Shown piece after piece: positions 25,870-40,100 of a DNA stretch of 64,000 bases. Where the stretch lies: the NCBI GenBank assembly GCA_036172245.1, contig JAYWIR010000001.1, positions 682,001-746,000 of the forward strand, given 5' to 3'. A model generated the notes under the pieces. It was not told the origin of the DNA. It made no database searches and was given only the letters and a program-made list of their open reading frames with translations. Within the stretch, counting starts at the first letter, position 1. Each line of letters starts with the position of its first letter. This stretch comes from Raillietiella orientalis (lineage: Eukaryota). The position numbers were made by a program, and so were the translations under genes.

Positions 25870-28800
25870 GTTAAATACTTCAAATTATCTAATGCAATGC
25901 AATCACATTACAATATTTGCACTATGAGGCATAAATCAGATAATACAGAAGACAAATCATTTCCCTTAAAAGTAAATTAAAACATGAAAATCTCGGAATC
26001 ACTAACATCCACATGTCAAAATGTCTCCGTGTTGAAAACTATGCTGCTTTACTTATCAAATACTGGAGGTGCATGTGGAAGGCATGCATGTACTATGTAA
26101 ATGTATTTTGAATGACAAAAATCAAGAATCTGATTATTTCGTACTGTGAGAAAAACAACCAATCTTGTATTTAAAGGAAACATGTTGATGAGAATGGCAG
26201 ACATCAAATTTGATACAATAAAGCAGACTAGCAAGAACTCCGACAAATTTTCAATTCATATTCATCTTGTAAGAAATGAATTACAACCATAGCAGAGGGT
26301 TTCCTATTTCTGCTGCTAAGAATAATAATTATATCAGCCAAGCAAAAACTAGATGCAATAACAATGAATATCACTGAATGCTTCACCTAAACTATTACTT
26401 TTTCTTCATTATTATGATTTTCCATACGTAGGGCTAACTAAATTATCAACTTAACATACAAACGTGCTGACTTACTTAAATTAGAAAAAAATACATTCAG
26501 AACACTGCTTTAAAACAACGAATGCAAATGCCTCCTAAAGGAGCAGTCACAAAAAGCACACAGAATTCACTAACAAACTACATGGAAATAATCTACTGAC
26601 AAATTGGATTTAATACTTTTATTTATGTCATGGGCAAATGCAAACACATCAAAAACAAATAACAATAAAGAACGTTACTGCGTGAGCCTACTTTTCGGAT
26701 TTCACTAAGATTCCAAAATTTTTAAATGACATAAGAATTATGGCCGAATATAAATTCTAAAGTAACATGTATGCGTGCAACATGTTATTTCATAACCGTT
26801 ATGCTGCCACAAAGTTTAGCTCGTTCACTCTACATAATCATCATCACTAATGCGAAACAGCGCATGAATCCTAAATCTTCAGAGTACTCAAGTCCACTGA
26901 AATTGCAAGTACCTCCACTGTAACAACATGAACCACAAATAATTAAAGCATTATAATCATGATATTACAAGGGGACAATATTTGTAGAATACATTTAAAG
27001 CGATATAAGAACCACGAAACACAGACAGGGTAAGCATAAACAAAAATAAGGATTCCTGTATTGCCATGGCAAAAGCAATAAAAAGCTTATTCATGTGTTG
27101 GTTCATGGCAAGCGACGAATAAATCCCGTAATTAATGAAGGACGAAATGAACAGATATCGAAATATATATATATATATATATACATATATGTATTGTTAT
27201 TTTTTTTTGGGGGGGGGGGGATGTCAAAGACGTTTTTCACCGAACATCAATTGGAAACCAAAGGAAGGATCCGTGCCGTAATTCGATGCCATTGCGATTT
27301 GATGGAGAATCTGGGAATTCAATTCTAATAACAATATAAATCGCTGTCGAGTATACAAGCAAAGGAACAGTTCCAAAGAGTCTATTATGAAGCTGTCACA
27401 GATTATTGATCAACAGAAGATACAATAATGCTTGAGAAAAGCACAAAAAAATTCAAAGCTCACTTCAAATGAATGCAACCGAATCCCGTAATTAACTGTG
27501 ATACATAACAGTGATACAGTGGTATATGATCTTATCGATTATTTCTAATGAAACCCATTAAAGTAAAAACACCGCTTTCGTAACAATAAGCAGAAGCACG
27601 TTGGCAAGAAGAACTGTTCCCGCACATTCGGTCGAAGACTTTTTTTTTTCTTTTTTCTTTTTCTTTTTCTTTTTTTTTTTTTTTTAGAGGCAAAGGACTC
27701 CCTCTAATGGAAAGCTCCTCACCCTCTCTCAAGCTCTTCCCGCTACTTTTCGAAGCAGAGTGCTCACGCACGAAGAAAAAGCACCGACTTTTCATTACGG
27801 TTTTTGAAGACTTTCCTTCAAACGAAACAGAGTAAATGCATCCTTGGGAATACGATGTACTTTCGTAGAATAGAGAAACATGCCTTTCCTCTCCATCTGA
27901 AGAATTCACAAGAACAGAAGCTACTTAATGAAATCAACAACAGCTGCATTGCATTTCCTCTTTGGCTGATGTCCTCATTCATTCCTTTTTTCCCCTTTTT
28001 GCTTACTACCGTCAAATTACTGTAAGGCACAGGCAATTTATTAATTTCGTGAAAGCACAAGGATCGTAATTTTAAAGAAGAAAACAAAAAAATTTAGGGG
28101 GAAATTAAATTTACAATTTTTTAAAGTACTTTGTAAATGTCGTTGCGAATCAGAAAATCCGATAAAACTTTTGAAAATTTGTTGGCTAATATTGTATAAG
28201 GCATAATTAAAACTTTTTCATAAAAACTTAGTCTTTACGTTCCTGAAAATTAAGTTGTAATTCTCTTGACTTCAATTAGAGAGTGAATGGTAACATATAA
28301 AGACAGGGATACTCAAGCAATCTTGGGTGCACACAAATGAAAAAAAATTGGGGAGAAAGTTTCAAAATTTTTTGATAGCACAAACTTCCCTAACACCACT
28401 TTATTCAAGGCCACGATCATGAAGATAATTTCATAAGAGCTTGTGTGGAATTATAATTTTCTTATTTCAAATTTCAAATTAGTGAATTCAGAAAAGTTCT
28501 CGGGTGGCAACATTTCTAAGATGCATTTGCTTTTCGTCTGTACTTCGCTTTTTATTATTTTTTAAGCTTACTTATGATAACTAGTTTTCTTTTTTTTTTG
28601 TGTGTGTGTGTTCTTTTTCCATGCCTTTCCATTAGACTGAATTGCTTTCTTCATTTCCCTTGATCAAACTTACAAGTCGGATTTAATTACTCTTATGCTT
28701 GGATGCTGCGTATACAACTGAAGAGTACAGCGGATTCTTGCACTTGCGATTTTAAAATGCTGTATCATTTTCCATCTTGTCACATATCTACCTGTTTAGT

Positions 28801-29508
28801 TTTCCCTTACTACTAATGAAAAACACTTAGTCCATTTCTTAATTATTACATATCTAATAGTGATTCACTCACTTATTTCACTCATTCCACTGTTTCCTTT
28901 TTTTTTTTTTTGCCTATGAATTATCAAAAACAATAATTATAAGATGAATGTTTTACTTGAGTGTTCCTCCATTCCTCGATATAATGCTGGAAAAAAGGTA
29001 TTTTCTCTTTTCTTTACCTCGCTTTTATCCATAATTTTTTATAAGCTGCTTTAGGCTTAAAACGTTTTCCTTTTTTTCTGCATGTACTGTCTATTCGAAT
29101 TTGTACATACTTGCCGGAACTCAATCGGCTCATTTCTTATTTTCTTCGCTATGTCAAACGGATTAAGGAATCAACATAAACCCTTGATGAACACAATTGC
29201 ATTATAAAATTCATGTGTACCGCCCACGGCATGATCGATCGTATTTATTACACTTATATTGCTTCGTGTTTATCATTTCAGACGGCTTGCTACTCGTAAA
29301 ACTTCTTGAAAGCAATGATATTTGAACATTCCCAGTCTAAATTGAAACAAACGTTTGACACTGCACAAGAAAAAGTGAATTTTTCATTTTTCTTTTTTGA
29401 TCATTGTTGCTATTTTAATTTAAAAATTCTATATTGTTTGCAAATTACTTACTAGCAATTATAATCAAAGTTATAATCAAAATTACCAGTCAAAGGATAG
29501 AGAATGGA

Positions 29509-29548
29509 ACTAATCGACTTATTTAAGTTTACTAATCGACTTATTTAA
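29509..29548. repeat. Short tandem duplication (actaatcgacttatttaa x2, period 22)
   Basis: Directly visible in the sequence. Confidence 0.8.
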
Positions 29549-29968
29549 CTTACTTAAGTTTTTCATTGACTTTTTATCATTTCATGTTGAGGAATAAACA
29601 GGCAATTTCGATTTCTGCGTATGCCTTCACGAGATGATGTTCGGTACATTTCTTCACTGTGAAAAACTTCTGACTTATCAATATCGTCATGAAATATCGA
29701 CCGACTTTTTTCCCCTTGCTTGAATCAAAAGAGCGTATTAACAAAAAGGAGGTACAGCAAAATATTCAAGTGCGTTATAAGCAAAACGCACACAAAAAAA
29801 GGCCAAGGCTAATCGTTGGCTTACAAGAAAGTTGGTCATTTTGGTTCGTTTTACGCCATTGGGGACTCCGAAACGAATTTACCTTTTGGCATTGTTTGGC
29901 AATTCCGATAACGAGCAAGCACAATTCATGGCGTGCGTCAGTCAAATCGGAGTAGGGTACATCTCATA

Positions 29969-30136
29969 ATGGACATGGACTTTACTAAAAAAAGAGCAAA
30001 TCTGCGTAAAGTGTTGAGTAAAGGTTTAGTAGAACTCTGCTTGAAGCAACCTAAGGATCCTGTTGAATACCTTGCTATGTGGCTACTTAATTACCAAGAT
30101 AAGGACGAAGAATCTCAAAGGAAACAGTTTGGGTGA
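29969..30136 (+). CDS. Small Dpy-30/RIIa-type dimerization-docking motif protein (DYDC/NME5/AK7-like motif); may be an exon of a larger gene
   Basis: LRKVLSKGLVELCLKQPKDPVEYLAMWLLNY fits the Dpy-30 motif pattern L..GL.E....P.DP.EYLA.WL. Start and end are uncertain. Confidence 0.7.
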   Translation: MDMDFTKKRANLRKVLSKGLVELCLKQPKDPVEYLAMWLLNYQDKDEESQRKQFG

Positions 30137-32099
30137 TGTGCAAACGGGATAGAACACTAACAGATGTTCCCGGCACCAAATCCTGCTTTTTTTTTTTTTT
30201 TTTTTAAGAATTCCTTCGATATACTGGAAAACAAGCAAAACAAAACAACCTCCACCCCCCCCTGCAAAAAAAAAAGACGAAATCAATAACGTGTTCCCCC
30301 TTTGCCGTGTTCCTCCGTGTGCATTCGTGGATCATTCATTTCCACTGCATCGATGTGAAATGGCAGATCATGCCAAAGTACCGCGAAATCACTCGGGATC
30401 TCGCCAACTGACGTCACTCTTGCATGTTCTGCACGTTGGGTCAAATGTTGGGGAAGCCTTCGAGTGCGACGAGGTCTCTCTCTCTCTCGTTGAGGAGGAA
30501 ATTCTGCGTCCGGATGACAAACGGCAAAACGTGGAATAAATAAACGAGCAGCGCAAAAAAAAGCCAAGGTATCGATCATTCTTTTGCCTACGCGAGTAGG
30601 GGCACATAGGGGCGGACGTGCCAATTTTCCCCCATCCTTTCCGATTGTTGCCGTCGCCATCTTTTGCTTTTCCACGCGCCGGCGCAGCCTAACGAAACGA
30701 GTGGCACCAAGGGGGAGGGCTGCCTTGTTGCGTGGTTTATCGAGAAAGAATGTTTGCCTAGATGAGACTGAGACGGGAGATACGGCCTAATAATGGCTTC
30801 TCCTCCTGATTACTGGGAAACTGATAGAGATGCTCCGGAAGACAAAAAAAAAACGCCATCGTTGTCGGCGCTGGCCATGGCCTTCTTCAGAAGACGCGAC
30901 CACGGAGGGAACTGCGCCAGCGCGATCGCGCGGCGCTGACCGAACTGGGGATGCCCCCCGGAGGTGTCTCCCGTTGTCGGACAACCCCATCATCCTGGTT
31001 CGCGCGCGCCCTCGCAGAGCCTCCGACTCTTGCAGAGCCCCGTCGCTCCTGGGGTCCCGGGACCTCGGAGGACCGACGACGACGGTTGCCACGCTCGCTT
31101 TCTTAAGAGCGAGAGGACGAGCGAAGCGTTCCCACGGTTTCCACCAGTCACCCCTCCCCCTCTCCCTCTCCCTCCATCCCTTCCTACCTACCTACCTCTC
31201 CTTCCTCGCACGCCTGCGCTGTCGCCCGGTACGTCCGACGGCGCGGGTCCCTCTTGGTCGGGACGGGGTCGGGTCCGGCGAGCCACAGGTCGCGGGCCAG
31301 CGTCCCCTAACGCCCGTGCGCCGCCTTCTTGCGCCGACTGGGCGCGGAGCTGAAGACGCCCATTCCAACCTCTGGAGCCGTCGTCAGGATCCTCGCCCTG
31401 CCCGTTCCCTGGCTGGAGCTCGGGGATCCAGGCCGGCAACGCCACCACCACACCCATCGGTAGCGAAAGGGGAGGAAGGACACGCAGTGGCCCCCCTCTT
31501 CGGAGTCACCGTCACCCCCTCCCTCCCACGGATCACCGAGGAAGGACGAAGGTCACCCTTCGTGCTCCGTCGGGGGCGGCCTTTCGGGAGAAGGCGGGAC
31601 TCGAGATGCCACTTCCCGAAAGAGGCCAGGCTCCGGACCAGGTTCTGATCGCCACTGATGCCCCCACCTGGGGTCCCTCGCTTGCCCCCGCTCGCACGGC
31701 GTCACCCGGAAATCGGAGTCTTCCCGTCTATCCCGGCCCGAACAGGAATGAAAAGCCGGGCAGGCCGGAGAGACCAAGGAAACGCACTTCCGCTCGGGAA
31801 GGGCATCGCTGAGGCCGCGGATCTTTAGAAGGGAACGGCGATTCTTTCGCGAGTGATGGCAAGGGTAGGGGAGAGGGAGGAGGAAAGCGGTGATCGTTGG
31901 GTGGGCGGAACATGGATGGCCGGCGGCGAGGAGACAGGCGATTGGAGGGAGGTCGACAACGTCCAGGCCGTTTTTCCTCCCCTTCTTCGGCGCCCTCTCT
32001 CTCTCTTCCGGCGGCTATCCTGCTTTTCTTTGATCCACACTGATTCGTTCCCAGTGCGTGCCTTCGGGGCAGGATCGATCGGAAGGCGAGGCTTCAGAA

Positions 32100-34130
32100 G
32101 ATCGAGATGGCAATCCGACACTTTTGGATGAGTGGTCCTCGTGCGGGACGAAGGATGTCCCAGAGGATGGGGCAGGGGTGAAGAAAGATTCAAAGGTCGA
32201 CGATTCCATGCAGCGGTAGCCGCTGCGACTCTGACAATCAGACGCGGGAGATCTCCGCGCCCCCACGGAGGTCGTCCGCAGATGGACTGAGACACCAGTG
32301 GGAGGTTGGTCGAAGCGAGCGAGGGTCCACGGTGATGTTGGGTGCGTCGTCCCGGCCAGAAGGGTGCTCTTCGCCGACGGTGCTCGCGGCCTCTGGAAGC
32401 CCCATCGCTCGGTCCGGCGGACGAATCGCCAGACGCACGTCTCTTGGCTGGAGACTAGGGTCGAGGACGGACGGAACCGGGTCCTTCTCTACGGGTTGGC
32501 AAGCACGCGGAGCTGACGAGATTCCTTTTCTGACCTGCAGGGTGGCCGTGGAAACGTCCACAGATTCTGCGAACGTGCGGTGCCGCCAGCACACGTGCTG
32601 CTCAACCACACGCACGCGGAGCCCACGCTACGCGCGAATACAGAGCGAGCGGGCAGACTGGAAGGTTAATTTGTTTTGGCAGCCTTGCGAAACGCATCCG
32701 GACCGGGACCTCACCGTTTGCGATGCGAACGTCGTTCGTACAGCGCTCCCATCTGCCGGCACCTCCCGCAACCACGAGCGCTTCCTCGCCACTTTCCCGT
32801 GCATCCCCCGCAAATCTCGAGCAACAGATAGGGGGGATCGCTGGTCAGTCGCACGCCGGCTCGCGTGGTCACTCGTAAGGGCTGCTGCCGCATCAGACAC
32901 GCACCTGCGGCAGCACCTTCCACCGCCGCGGTCCTCTCTCCCACGCGCCGCGGCATCCACGAAACGGATCTTTCCCGAGCCTTTTTTGTCCTCCTTCACG
33001 TTGCGCTCGAACCCGGCGGGAATTCAGCAGTCGCAGGTGCAACCCACCTACCTGTCCTGCTCGCGGTGCGATGATGGCAACGATCTCTTTCTGCCACTTC
33101 GACGGAAGGGGGAGGAAAAGGATGAGGAGAATCGACGCCGGTTCTCACGTTCCAGAGCACAGGAGGATTCGGAGATCGATGGCTAGATGGCGCTCGCGCA
33201 GCGTAGGGAAGGTGTCTGCGCTTACCCGACGGCGACAGTTACGAAGCGCCCTCGCGCTGACGTCAGCGTCCGATACGCTTCGATCGAGGAGGAGGAAGAG
33301 GAGGAGGAGGAGGAGGAGGATGGTGTGTAGCTGGTGTGTCGGGAAACCCGCTGCAAGCACGCGAAGCGCTCGTTCCCCCATACGGGCTCGACTAAGAGTC
33401 GTCTCGCGAGACGCACTCGGCACCTCGCCCTTGCTCGGACGCGGTGGACGGCCAAGTCGAAGCGGCGGAGCATCCCAGACGGGACACGCAGGCTCGGTCC
33501 CGAGCAACCGAAGCGTGCGAAACGTGTCGAAAGGCAACCTCCGCGCCCAAGCGAACAGAGACGGTTCCTCCGACCCACGAAAGCGGTCGAGTGGACCCTG
33601 GTTCCAAGAGCAAGAGCGGGCGGCGACGGAATCTCAAAGGAAGAGAGCTCCTTCCCGGAACAACTTGGACGAGTTCCAAGTTTGTCGAGGGAACACGCTC
33701 GGTTACCAGAGGTAAAGTCGGACCCCCTGGGGACGTCGGAAGGAGGCATGCAACGGTCTTCTCGGCTGCCAAAAAAGCAACACAAGAAAACGGGAGAAAG
33801 GAAGGAAAGCGAAGACACCGGAGCGGAAAATGCAGTCGAAATTCTTCAGCACGCTCTCCACTCTACCTGCCGGCGGGCGACCGGATGGGGCTAACTCGCA
33901 CGGGTCCGAGGCAGACGAATTCGGCACCGAAGAAGGCGTGTTCCTTTGCTGCCGCTGCTTCTCGAGCGGATCTCCTGTGGCACGGCACTTGTTGCTCTTA
34001 GCTCTCCCTGGAGACGGTTCGCCTCGGCGCCTTTCCTTTCCGCTATCTGATAGCCCCCCTTTCAGGACGGCCCAAGTCTGGAAACCTGCACTACGCGCAT
34101 CCAAGTACCGTCATGCGTTGCGTTTCATCT
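32100..34130 (+). mobile_element. Decayed GC-rich NeSL/Utopia-like relic
   Basis: VVPARRVLFADG (cf. LSP.QKGFLP.DG), VRRTNRQTHVSWLE (cf. ARR...L.VAWLD), ERFLA (cf. RFLG), TKAVEWTLVPRARA (cf. TRFADWRFIHRARL), EQLGRV (cf. ETLPHV). Confidence 0.62.
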
Positions 34131-37100
34131 GGTGGCACGGATGGGTGAGGGAAGAGAGAGGGGGGGGAGCATCTCTCTCGCTCCTACTGCCTGATTTTGT
34201 TCTCTTGGCAGAGCATCTCGTCCTGTTGTTGACACGACGCTGTTCCCACTTCCAGGGCCGATCCCAGCCTCATCAATAAAGTGGGGGATGAAGGGAATTC
34301 GCTCACGTACCCGGACGAGTGAAGACTTTGGGAGGGTTTCGCTAGCCTCTCCCTGCCCTCCTCTTAAGAAGTCCCGATCTGGAACCGGACGGAAGTGCCC
34401 TCCATACCTCTCTCTCTCTCTCTCTTTTTTTTTTCCTCTGCTTCCTCGTTACGTTCGCGATTCGCCCCTGCGGCTTCCTTGGACGCCAAAGTCCGAGGGG
34501 ATTTCCTGATCCCGCCATCTGTGTTTATGCAGAGAAACCAAAAGGCTTCCTGATTCTCAACGCCGCAGCTAGATGTCTCCCCCAGTACCAATAAAGTGGA
34601 GATGGTAGTGTCCGATTTTGCTGCATGAATGCGGATGTCTTTCGTGGGTAGAAATGCGGAAACATTGGAGATCCTGTGGAACGTCATGGAAGGACGTTCC
34701 CGGGTGGGCATTCGCAGGTGGACAGAAATGGCTGGATAGGTAAACAGGGAGATGGATATTTTGGTGAGGAGAAGGAGCAAAAGGCTCTGCTCGAACGGGG
34801 TGCCATCAGGGTGGTGACGCCCAGAGGAGCAAAGGCTCTCTCTCCCTGCTTTCGACCTGGCTTTCTCCCGTTCCGTTCCTCCCGTCCCTATTTTCTTTGT
34901 CCGTCTCCAGGTTGATGAACTCCAGGGGGTTATCCTGGTCCGAGAAGGAGGCCCTCACGAGAGCAGCAAGGTCGTTCAGGTGTTCAAGGTAGTGCCGGTA
35001 TTCCCTCCAGGTGACGGTAGATGCCAGCCGCGTGGCTTCCGGACCGGAGGGTCTATCGCTTGTACGGTGCCCACCCCTCTTCTCCCCACAACGCCGGGCG
35101 CGCCCCGCGTGGATTCTTCGCGATCTAGGAGCGTGCGAAGGTGAAGCGCTGCATCGCGGTCCGCAGGGGCGGGCGGCGGACAGGCAGCCGAGGCGGAGGG
35201 CGCATGTCCGTGCTGTCCAGCAGCAGCTCCCGGATGGGGAGGGAGGCGGGGGAGGAGCGCGTGATGGTTTCAGAGAACTTTGCTAGTCTCCACTCCTCGC
35301 GAAAGGGGGAAAAATAAATAAATAAAACAAGAACAAGACTGCGGGACAGCCCGCGACAAGTAGGGCGCTCCCCGGTGGACAAATCTGCTGCAGTCGTGGG
35401 AGATGGGGGGAGAAGGAGCCCCACGAACTTCCCCCCATTCTGAGAGAGCTGCCCCTCCGCCCCCAAAGTGGCCTGCATGACCTCTGATCCTCCTGGACGG
35501 TCCGCGCGTGAGCCACCCGGATCGCGTGGACCCCTTCCTTCCTCCTTTAGCAACGGGGAGCCTGGAAGCGGCCCGCAGAGCGGGGGAGACTCTTCCCACC
35601 CCCTGTTCTAATCCTGAAGACGATCAGCGACCTCCCGAGTGACCGAGGGCCGTCGCTGTCGCCTGCGTGCGAGGAACAACGGGATCTCCCAGTCGGGAAG
35701 CAGAGGAGCCCCTCAGGAGATGATGGTTGGAGACCCCACCCTGTCACCCTCTCGCCATCTACAGCGTCTGGTCCGTAGGGCTACATCGAACGCCGGTCTG
35801 GGAGTCTCCAGGAAGAGGGAAAAGGGGGTGGAGGGAGCCCTCGGCGTGGAGGCCTCCGGAGGAGTGCCGGCGCTCCTCGGGCGCTCCTCAACCGGGCTCC
35901 ACGGGAAATCAGGTGACCCGGGGATCGATCCATCTCCCCCTATTTGCTCTCTGAACAACACCCCAAGAAGAGGAGGCGCCCAGCCTTCGGGCGCTGCTCC
36001 TGCCTCCTCGTCCATGGTGGGGGCCGGGGGAGTGGGTGGTTGGGGGCGCTCCTAGGGATGCTCCCACTAACCCCGGCCCGTACCTGAAGTCCGTCGGACC
36101 AGCCAGGAAGAGGATTCCATCTTTTCGTCACCCCGCCCCTCCTCTGCCCCTCCTCTCCCACGGGCGCGAGGGCCAGGAGCGCTCCTCCCGCCACCGTCCG
36201 TTGTCGGGAGCCCGCGCTGCTGCCCTCGGGGCAACCCTGGGGACGCGAGCGCTCGAACGCGGATGGGGCGGAGTCGGCCTTTTATCGGCGTGGGGCCGCT
36301 CAGGAGGAGGGGAGGTGAGGGGAAAGAGCGACACGCGCGGCTCGGGGGATGGGCGGGCGGGCGTGCCGCCATTCCTCCTCCTTCTCCCCCTCCCCCAAGT
36401 CAGCATCCCCCTCTCGACGATTTTCGACGAGGCGAAGCAGGGAGGTGGGGGGAGGTGAGGTGAAAGGGGTAGCCATGCGCCGCCCTCCTTCCCTCTTCCC
36501 CCTCGATGGATGGCAAGGAGGGCCGCAGGAGGCGTCCAATGTCACCAAACGGAAGCCGCTAGCAGGGGGAAGGACTTGACCCAAGCGCGCCATGAGACGG
36601 CCGGAATTGAATGAGGGAGGAGGCGACGGCGAGGAGGCGGGGGAGGAGGGGAGGCAGCAGCTCCCGGCGGATCGAGCGTTCCGGGAGCCGCTTCCCGCTG
36701 AGCCGCTAATCGCAGGACGCGACGTCCCTCCCGCTGCGTCCGAGGAAGGCTGTGGGAACCGAGCCGCGTCCTCAAAAGGGGACGGGAAGGGGAGGGGGAA
36801 CCAGTGGGCGGGTTCCTGGACCGTCGGGTAACAACGGGGGAGAAAATGAAGGAAGACGCTGTGGCGAAGCGGCGCTGCGCCCGGCGACCGCAGGACTCTC
36901 GCAGCCACCGGAGAGGGAGGCGCTCCCGTTCGTTCGAAAAAGGTGTGGACTGCACTCTGGGGTGGAGGTGGGGTGGGAGGAACGTCCTGAGCGGTCCCTC
37001 TCGTTGCCTCCCTCTTCACGGAAGAGCGCATCCCCCGTTTGTCTCTCCCGATGCAAAGTCCTTGGCACCTCTGCCGTCCCTCTTCAATGCATCCTCCTTG

Positions 37101-37449
37101 CGGGGAGTCGCTGCGCCTCCTCGGACGCGCCGCGATCAGAGGACCGCGCGCTGTCCGGCAGGACAGTCGCCTCTTCTCACGTCCGTGCACGAGAGACAAA
37201 AAAGGGGACCCACCGGTCCGCAACGCAGCAGCTCCTCGATCCCCGGCGCTCGGGGATCGTCGAAGGTGCCCGAACTTTGGACGCGAGGAGGCCAGGAAGA
37301 GGGAAGAAGAGTAAGAAGGGAGGAGGCGGGTGTCACAGGGGCATGAGTAGCGCTGCAGATTCGCGCGGACCGGCTTCCCGGCTCCCTCCTTCCCTGTCTT
37401 CCTCGCAGCAGCCCGCCAACGGGTGGCGCTCGGCTTGACCCCGAGGGAC

Positions 37450-38560
37450 CTCGCGGACCCTGCTACTTCGCAAGGATCGTCCGGCGACGCGCTTCGCTTT
37501 CCTCGAATGAGGTGGGACGAGGCCTCCTGCTGCCTCGACGCGGGGCAGCGCGCAGTCCTCCGGGCGAAACGCACGAGGGGCCGCTCTTCCGAGGGCAGGG
37601 AGGGACTGTCATTAGGTCAACCCCGCAGCTTCGCCCTGGCATCGCTTTCCGGTGTTCGCGCTGTCGCGGGGACGGGAAGCACGCGCTGTGGGAAGCACCG
37701 GCGTGCTAGGTGGCAGCACGGGACGAGACACCTGCCCGTCAGTCCACGCAGCTCTCGCGGGCCGAGGCTGGCGCACGACCTGGAAACCGAAGAACCGGTG
37801 GAGTCCCGTCCGGGAGGGAGGCAGAAGTGGGCATTCTGCCTCCGCGGATCCAAGGGCGTGCGAGGTCGCGCGAGGGCTGGTCGCCGCCGCGATGCCCTCC
37901 GCCTGCTGCAAGGAAGAGCCAGGGAGGCAGAACCAGGAGTCGGGCGCCCGCTAGCTGCGGCTGCGGGGCCATGGTGGCCGCCATCCCTGCGCCCTGCACG
38001 GAGCGGGAACGAGGAGAGGTCAGAACCGCAGCGACGACGCACCGGGGTCGCACCCGCTCCCAACTGGTTGGCCTCCAGCCGGTTCGGCCAGAGACCAGCC
38101 ACAAACCGAAAAAGTCCGCTGCCGCGTGCTGCTGCTTGGTGTCCCCACATGCAGGGAGGAGGCGCCATGCCTTCCGGAACGGTCCATCTTGAGAAAACAT
38201 CGCAGCGAGAAGCGGGGCGTCTGGGCCACCCGATGCGCTCAGTGGACCAGCGCACTTGACCTCGCCCTTTTCGCCCTTCTTAAACACGGAAACTTAAGCC
38301 CGAGCCCTGGTCCCGGCAAAGACGGCCCTTTCATGCGCCGTTGTGACGCGTGTCGACAGGCGGATCCCAGGAGGAGGCGCATCCACAGCTGCCATTCAGG
38401 AGCAGCCACTCCAGCCTGGCGGGCGAAGGTCCCGATGGGCCCACCGTACTCCACTGCTGCCCTTCTGGGACCTCCTGTGCCGCGGCAGTGGAGCCACCGG
38501 ATCCGACGTCCGGAAGCGAAACGCTCGGTTTCCTCCTCCCCCGCATCCAGCCTTCTCTTT
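37450..38560 (+). mobile_element. Possible decayed NeSL/Utopia-like relic
   Basis: FCLRGSKGVRG...RDALRLL (cf. YLYG...G..G...D.AFKLL) and RRCDACRQ...IHSC (knuckle-like). Weak. Confidence 0.4.
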
Positions 38561-38566
38561 GCCTGA

Positions 38567-38886
38567 TGACGAGAAAGCTGAGAGAATGATGATGATGAGA
38601 GTAGAGAGAGGAGGAGGAGTGAGAGGAAAAGAGGAAGAGAGGAGGAGAAGGACGACAGTTGGGGGAGGAGGATCAGGAAGAGGAAGAAGAGAACGAGGAA
38701 GGGAGAAGGAGGAATAAGAGGAAAGTAGTAGTAGAAGGAGGAGCAGGAAGAGAAAGATGAGGAAGGGAAGAGGAGGAAAAGGCGGAGGAGGAGGGGGTAC
38801 GCATTGTTTCCTTCAGCTTCCAAAAGAGGACAGGAGGAGAAGGAAGGAAGGAAGGAAGGAAGGAGGAAAGGAGGAGGAGGAAGGGG
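38567..38886 (+). repeat. Polypurine (GGA/GAA mosaic) tract
   Basis: Almost only A/G on the plus strand, with one short interruption at ~38798-38822. Confidence 0.9.
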
Positions 38887-39249
38887 TGCGAGTCACAACC
38901 GGCACCACCTTCGCTTTCTGCAGGGGGTGCCATTGATCGCCTTCGCACCCGGGGGGAGTTGCGAGGAGCCCAGGCGCGTTCGCTCGCGCGCGCATTTTCT
39001 CCCCGGTGCGCGTCATTCGTTGCGGATGTCTTCATAGACGGAGCGTTCCTGAAAAATGGAAACGTCATGGAAGTCAATGGCGGAAAATAATTCTTCCCGG
39101 ACAGGTTCGCTTTTATTTCTCCAACGTGCAGAATGAGGATTTAATGGGGCGAGAGGAAGGAATCCTGGCTTCCTTTGAAAGGGGCGCACCCCTTCGCAGG
39201 CGTTCCATCTCGAAAGGATCGCTTCCTCCTTTCTGAATGACTGTCGAGG

Positions 39250-40100
39250 AATCGCCACCGCGCGCGGCGCTTGATTGATGAAGGGCGCTTTCAGCCGGCA
39301 GGCGGATGAATTCCTGGGCGGTGACGGTCGCCCGGGATCCGAGGCGCAGGGAGCGGGGTGCCCTCCGATCCCGGAATCACCCCGGACGGCTAGTCTCAGG
39401 GTTCCCTGCGGAGGCGAGGAGGGAGAAACTATCCTCCTCCGGGGCTCCCGTTTTGTTTTTTTGTTCCCGTCCCGGGAAATCTTAATGAGAGCGGGTGCCA
39501 TTCTTCCGGAGCGCTGTTGCGCAGCTTTCGGCCACAGTGGTGCCCCCGCAATGGTCCTTCCTTCCTTCCTCCCCTCCACCCCTCTCCGTCCCTTCTTGCC
39601 CCATGCGGACCCAAGGGCCACTTGTCGGCGCTCGCCTTTCCCGCGAGTGATCTTTCAATCGCCGCCATCTTTGGAACCTCGGTCTGGCGTGTCAGCCTGC
39701 ACAAAGTGCCGCATCGTGTTGATAAATGGCTCCGGCTCGCGGCAACGGCCGTGGTGAGCTTCCAGCGTCCAAGAGGAGGCGCAAGGAAGACACGTGCGAG
39801 CGCCGCCGGCCTTTTCTTCTCGCGCAAAGGGGTGGAAGGTGCGGCGATTCAAGGGAAGGGGGCGGGAAGAAGAGGGGAGGGAAAGGATGACGGGGGAAAA
39901 GGGGATCCGACACGCACCTCAAGGAGCCGGGCTGCAGCCGTTTGCGGTCGCCCTGAATGAGACCTGACCGCTCTCGACAACTGCCGCCGGCGCCCCTACA
40001 CATGAGCGCGCGTCCCAACACGGGCGAGGCGGCAGTCGGTCCAGTCAGCAACGGGTCGCCGCTCCGTGCACGTCCACGCCCACGAAAATAAAATAAAATA
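39250..40100 (+). mobile_element. Decayed NeSL/Utopia-like relic fragment
   Basis: EFLG followed by FLFPSREILMRAG (cf. TFLFPSL.F.MR.G). Confidence 0.5.
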
